This document shows positions 61,864-64,000 of a stretch of DNA of 64,000 nucleotides, in pieces. The position numbers were made by a program, and so were the translations under genes. Source of the DNA: Nitrospirota bacterium (GTDB lineage: Bacteria; Nitrospirota; UBA9217); assembly GCA_963737155.1 (NCBI GenBank), contig CAVTRN010000002.1:2816001-2880000 (forward strand), read 5' to 3'. Below the pieces are notes generated by a model. That model worked only from the letters and a program-made list of their open reading frames with translations, searched no databases and had not been told where the DNA came from. Within the stretch, counting starts at the first letter, position 1, and every line of letters starts with the position of its first letter.

Positions 61864-63778
61864 ATGCAGCTCGACGGGAAAATACCATCCGGTCAACTTC
61901 ATGAAAAGTGGGACAATCGTCGCGCGGAGATGAGGTTGGTCAACCCCGCCAACAAACGGAAGTATCGTGTCATAGTCATCGGCACCGGATTGGCTGGCGC
62001 TTCAGCCGCCGCCTCGCTTGGCGAGCTGGGATACAACATTGATGTCTTCTGTTTCCAGGACTCACCGCGCCGCGCACACAGCATCGCAGCTCAGGGCGGC
62101 ATCAATGCGGCAAAGAACTATCCCAACGACGGCGACAGCATCGAGCGACTGTTCTACGACACGATCAAAGGGGGCGATTTCCGGTCCCGCGAGGCGAATG
62201 TGTACCGCCTGGCGCAGCTGAGCGCAAACATCATCGATCAGTGCGTGGCCCAAGGTGTGCCTTTTGCTCGGGATTACGCAGGATACCTTGCCACGCGCTC
62301 CTTCGGCGGCGCCCAGGTATCGCGCACCTTTTACGCGCGCGGTCAGACTGGACAGCAGCTACTTCTCGGATACCTATGGTGCTCTCTCCCGCCAGGTGAC
62401 GGCGGGTACAGTTATGCTTCACCCGCGCACGGAGATGCTCGATCTTGTCATTGTGAAAGGCGAAGCAAAGGGAATCACGGTGCGCGACCTGGTGACCGGC
62501 AACATTGAGTCGTTTGCAGCGGATGCAATTTGTCTTTGTTCGGGCGGTTATTCAAACGTCTATTACCTCACGACGAATTCCGTCATGTCCAGCGTCAATG
62601 CAACATACCGGGCCTATAAAAAGGGAGCGTTCTTTGCCAACCCCTGCTATACTCAGATCCACCCCACCTGTATCCCCGTCACAGGAGAACACCAGGCCAA
62701 GCTCACGTTAATGTCCGAATCGCTCCGGAACGACGGCAGAGTCTGGGTACCGAAAAAAAAAGGCGACAAGCGGGCGCCAAACGACATCCCAGAATCTGAT
62801 CGGGATTACTATCTTGAACGGAAATACCCGTCCTTCGGAAATCTCGCAGCCCGCGATGTCACCTCTCGCGCAACAAAAGAGGTTTGTGACGAAGGATTGG
62901 GAATCGGTTCGGGTAGCCGCGGCGTGTACCTTGACTTTGCAGACGCTATAAAACGCCTCGGCGAAGAAACGATCCGTGAACGGTACGGCAACCTCTTTGA
63001 AATGTATGAGCGGATCACTGCTGAGAACGCGTATCAGTTGCCGATGCGAATCTACCCCGCACCGCACTATGCAATGGGCGGGCTCTGGGTGGATTACAAC
63101 CTCGAAAGCAACATCCGGGGGCTATTCGTGCTCGGTGAGGCCAACTTCTCGGACCACGGCGCAAACCGGCTCGGCGCGAGCGCCCTGATGCAGGGGTTGG
63201 TGGATGGCTACTTCATTCTTCCTTACACGATCGGAAACTATCTAGCCCAAACAAATCCGGGAGTGCTCAGTACGGAAAGTCCGGAATTTCGACAGTCACG
63301 GCAGGAGGTCGAGGCGTTCACAAAAAGACTGCTCTCGGTCAAAGGAGGGAAAACCGCTCGCGAATTCCACCGGGACCTCGGTAAACTCATGTGGGACAAC
63401 GTGGGTATGACGCGGAGTGAATCGAGCCTGAAATACGCGCTCAGACGCATACCCGAGATCCGCGCTGAGTTTTGGCAAAACGTAGCCGTCACTGGCAGTG
63501 GAACGGAATTGAACCAGGAACTCGAAAAAGCGGGCCGTGTCGCCGATTTCCTCGAATTTGCGGAACTCCTGACCAGGGACGCACTACAGCGGGACGAATC
63601 ATGCGGCGCCCATTTCCGCATCGAGCACCAGACACCGGACGGTGATGCCGTCCGCGACGACAGGAATTTTAGTTACGTCTCGGCGTGGGAGTACAAGGGC
63701 CCGGATAAGGAACCGGAACTCCATAAGGAGCCGCTCGTATTCGAACATACACACCCGGCTGTGAGAAGCTATAAATGA
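61864..63778 (+). CDS. sdhA: Succinate dehydrogenase/fumarate reductase flavoprotein, split by a +1 frameshift near 62371
   Basis: [29 protein letters not shown] then YGALSRQ in the next frame, [18 protein letters not shown] and HGANRLG. Confidence 0.92.
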
Positions 63779-63872
63779 AAAAGTCCATACTGAAACTCAG
63801 TGACCGGAAAATTTCACGGATTCTTTATTTGATCGTTAAACTCTGAACATTGAGATTATCGGAGTCTAATCC

Positions 63873-64000
63873 ATGAATCTCATACTCTATGTCTGGCGTC
63901 AGAAGGGGCCTCACGAAAAAGGAAAACTCAAGCGCTACGAGGCGCGCGACATCGGCAGCGACATCTCTTTCCTCGAAATGCTTGACGTCGTAAACGAAGG
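63873..64000 (+). CDS. sdhB: Succinate dehydrogenase iron-sulfur subunit (5' part, runs off the window)
   Basis: MNLILYVWRQKG..SFLEMLDVVNE, with GGAG RBS. Confidence 0.9.
   Translation, partial: MNLILYVWRQKGPHEKGKLKRYEARDIGSDISFLEMLDVVNE

Noticed and set aside
1-64000. CRISPR array, prophage, integron, retron/DGR or rRNA
   Set aside because: No regularly spaced repeats, integrase, phage structural genes, reverse transcriptase or rRNA signatures were seen.

Overview
64 kb of bacterial chromosome. Gene content and order resemble an anaerobic or microaerobic Nitrospirota/Desulfobacterota-type organism (inference). It carries a housekeeping block (radA, folA, smpB, priA, nrdR, dCMP deaminase, glyA, rpiB, rsmE, pcnB, EndoQ), an unusually concentrated TCA-cycle cluster (aconitase, citrate synthase, SSADH, a ThDP enzyme, glutamate dehydrogenase, ACT-malic enzyme, fumC, sdhCAB) and many c-di-GMP signalling genes (HD-GYP, three PilZ proteins, an Arg-rich micro-protein). 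Mobile DNA includes two apparently identical IS630 copies, a fossil TnpB element, IS1634 and ISNCY remnants and a small palindromic MITE-like family, plus about a dozen eroded pseudogenes. The standout feature: the two cytochrome c ORFs at 14617-15237 and 13300-14442 are one in-frame gene interrupted by a single TGA, which is followed by a SECIS-like hairpin with a GGUC loop. This predicts a 645-aa membrane-anchored multiheme cytochrome c selenoprotein with 8 CxxCH plus 2 non-canonical heme motifs. Other leads are a possible 2-oxoglutarate decarboxylase/SSADH bypass inside the TCA cluster and a stand-alone c-di-GMP-binding micro-protein. All family calls come from motif recognition by eye; no searches were run.
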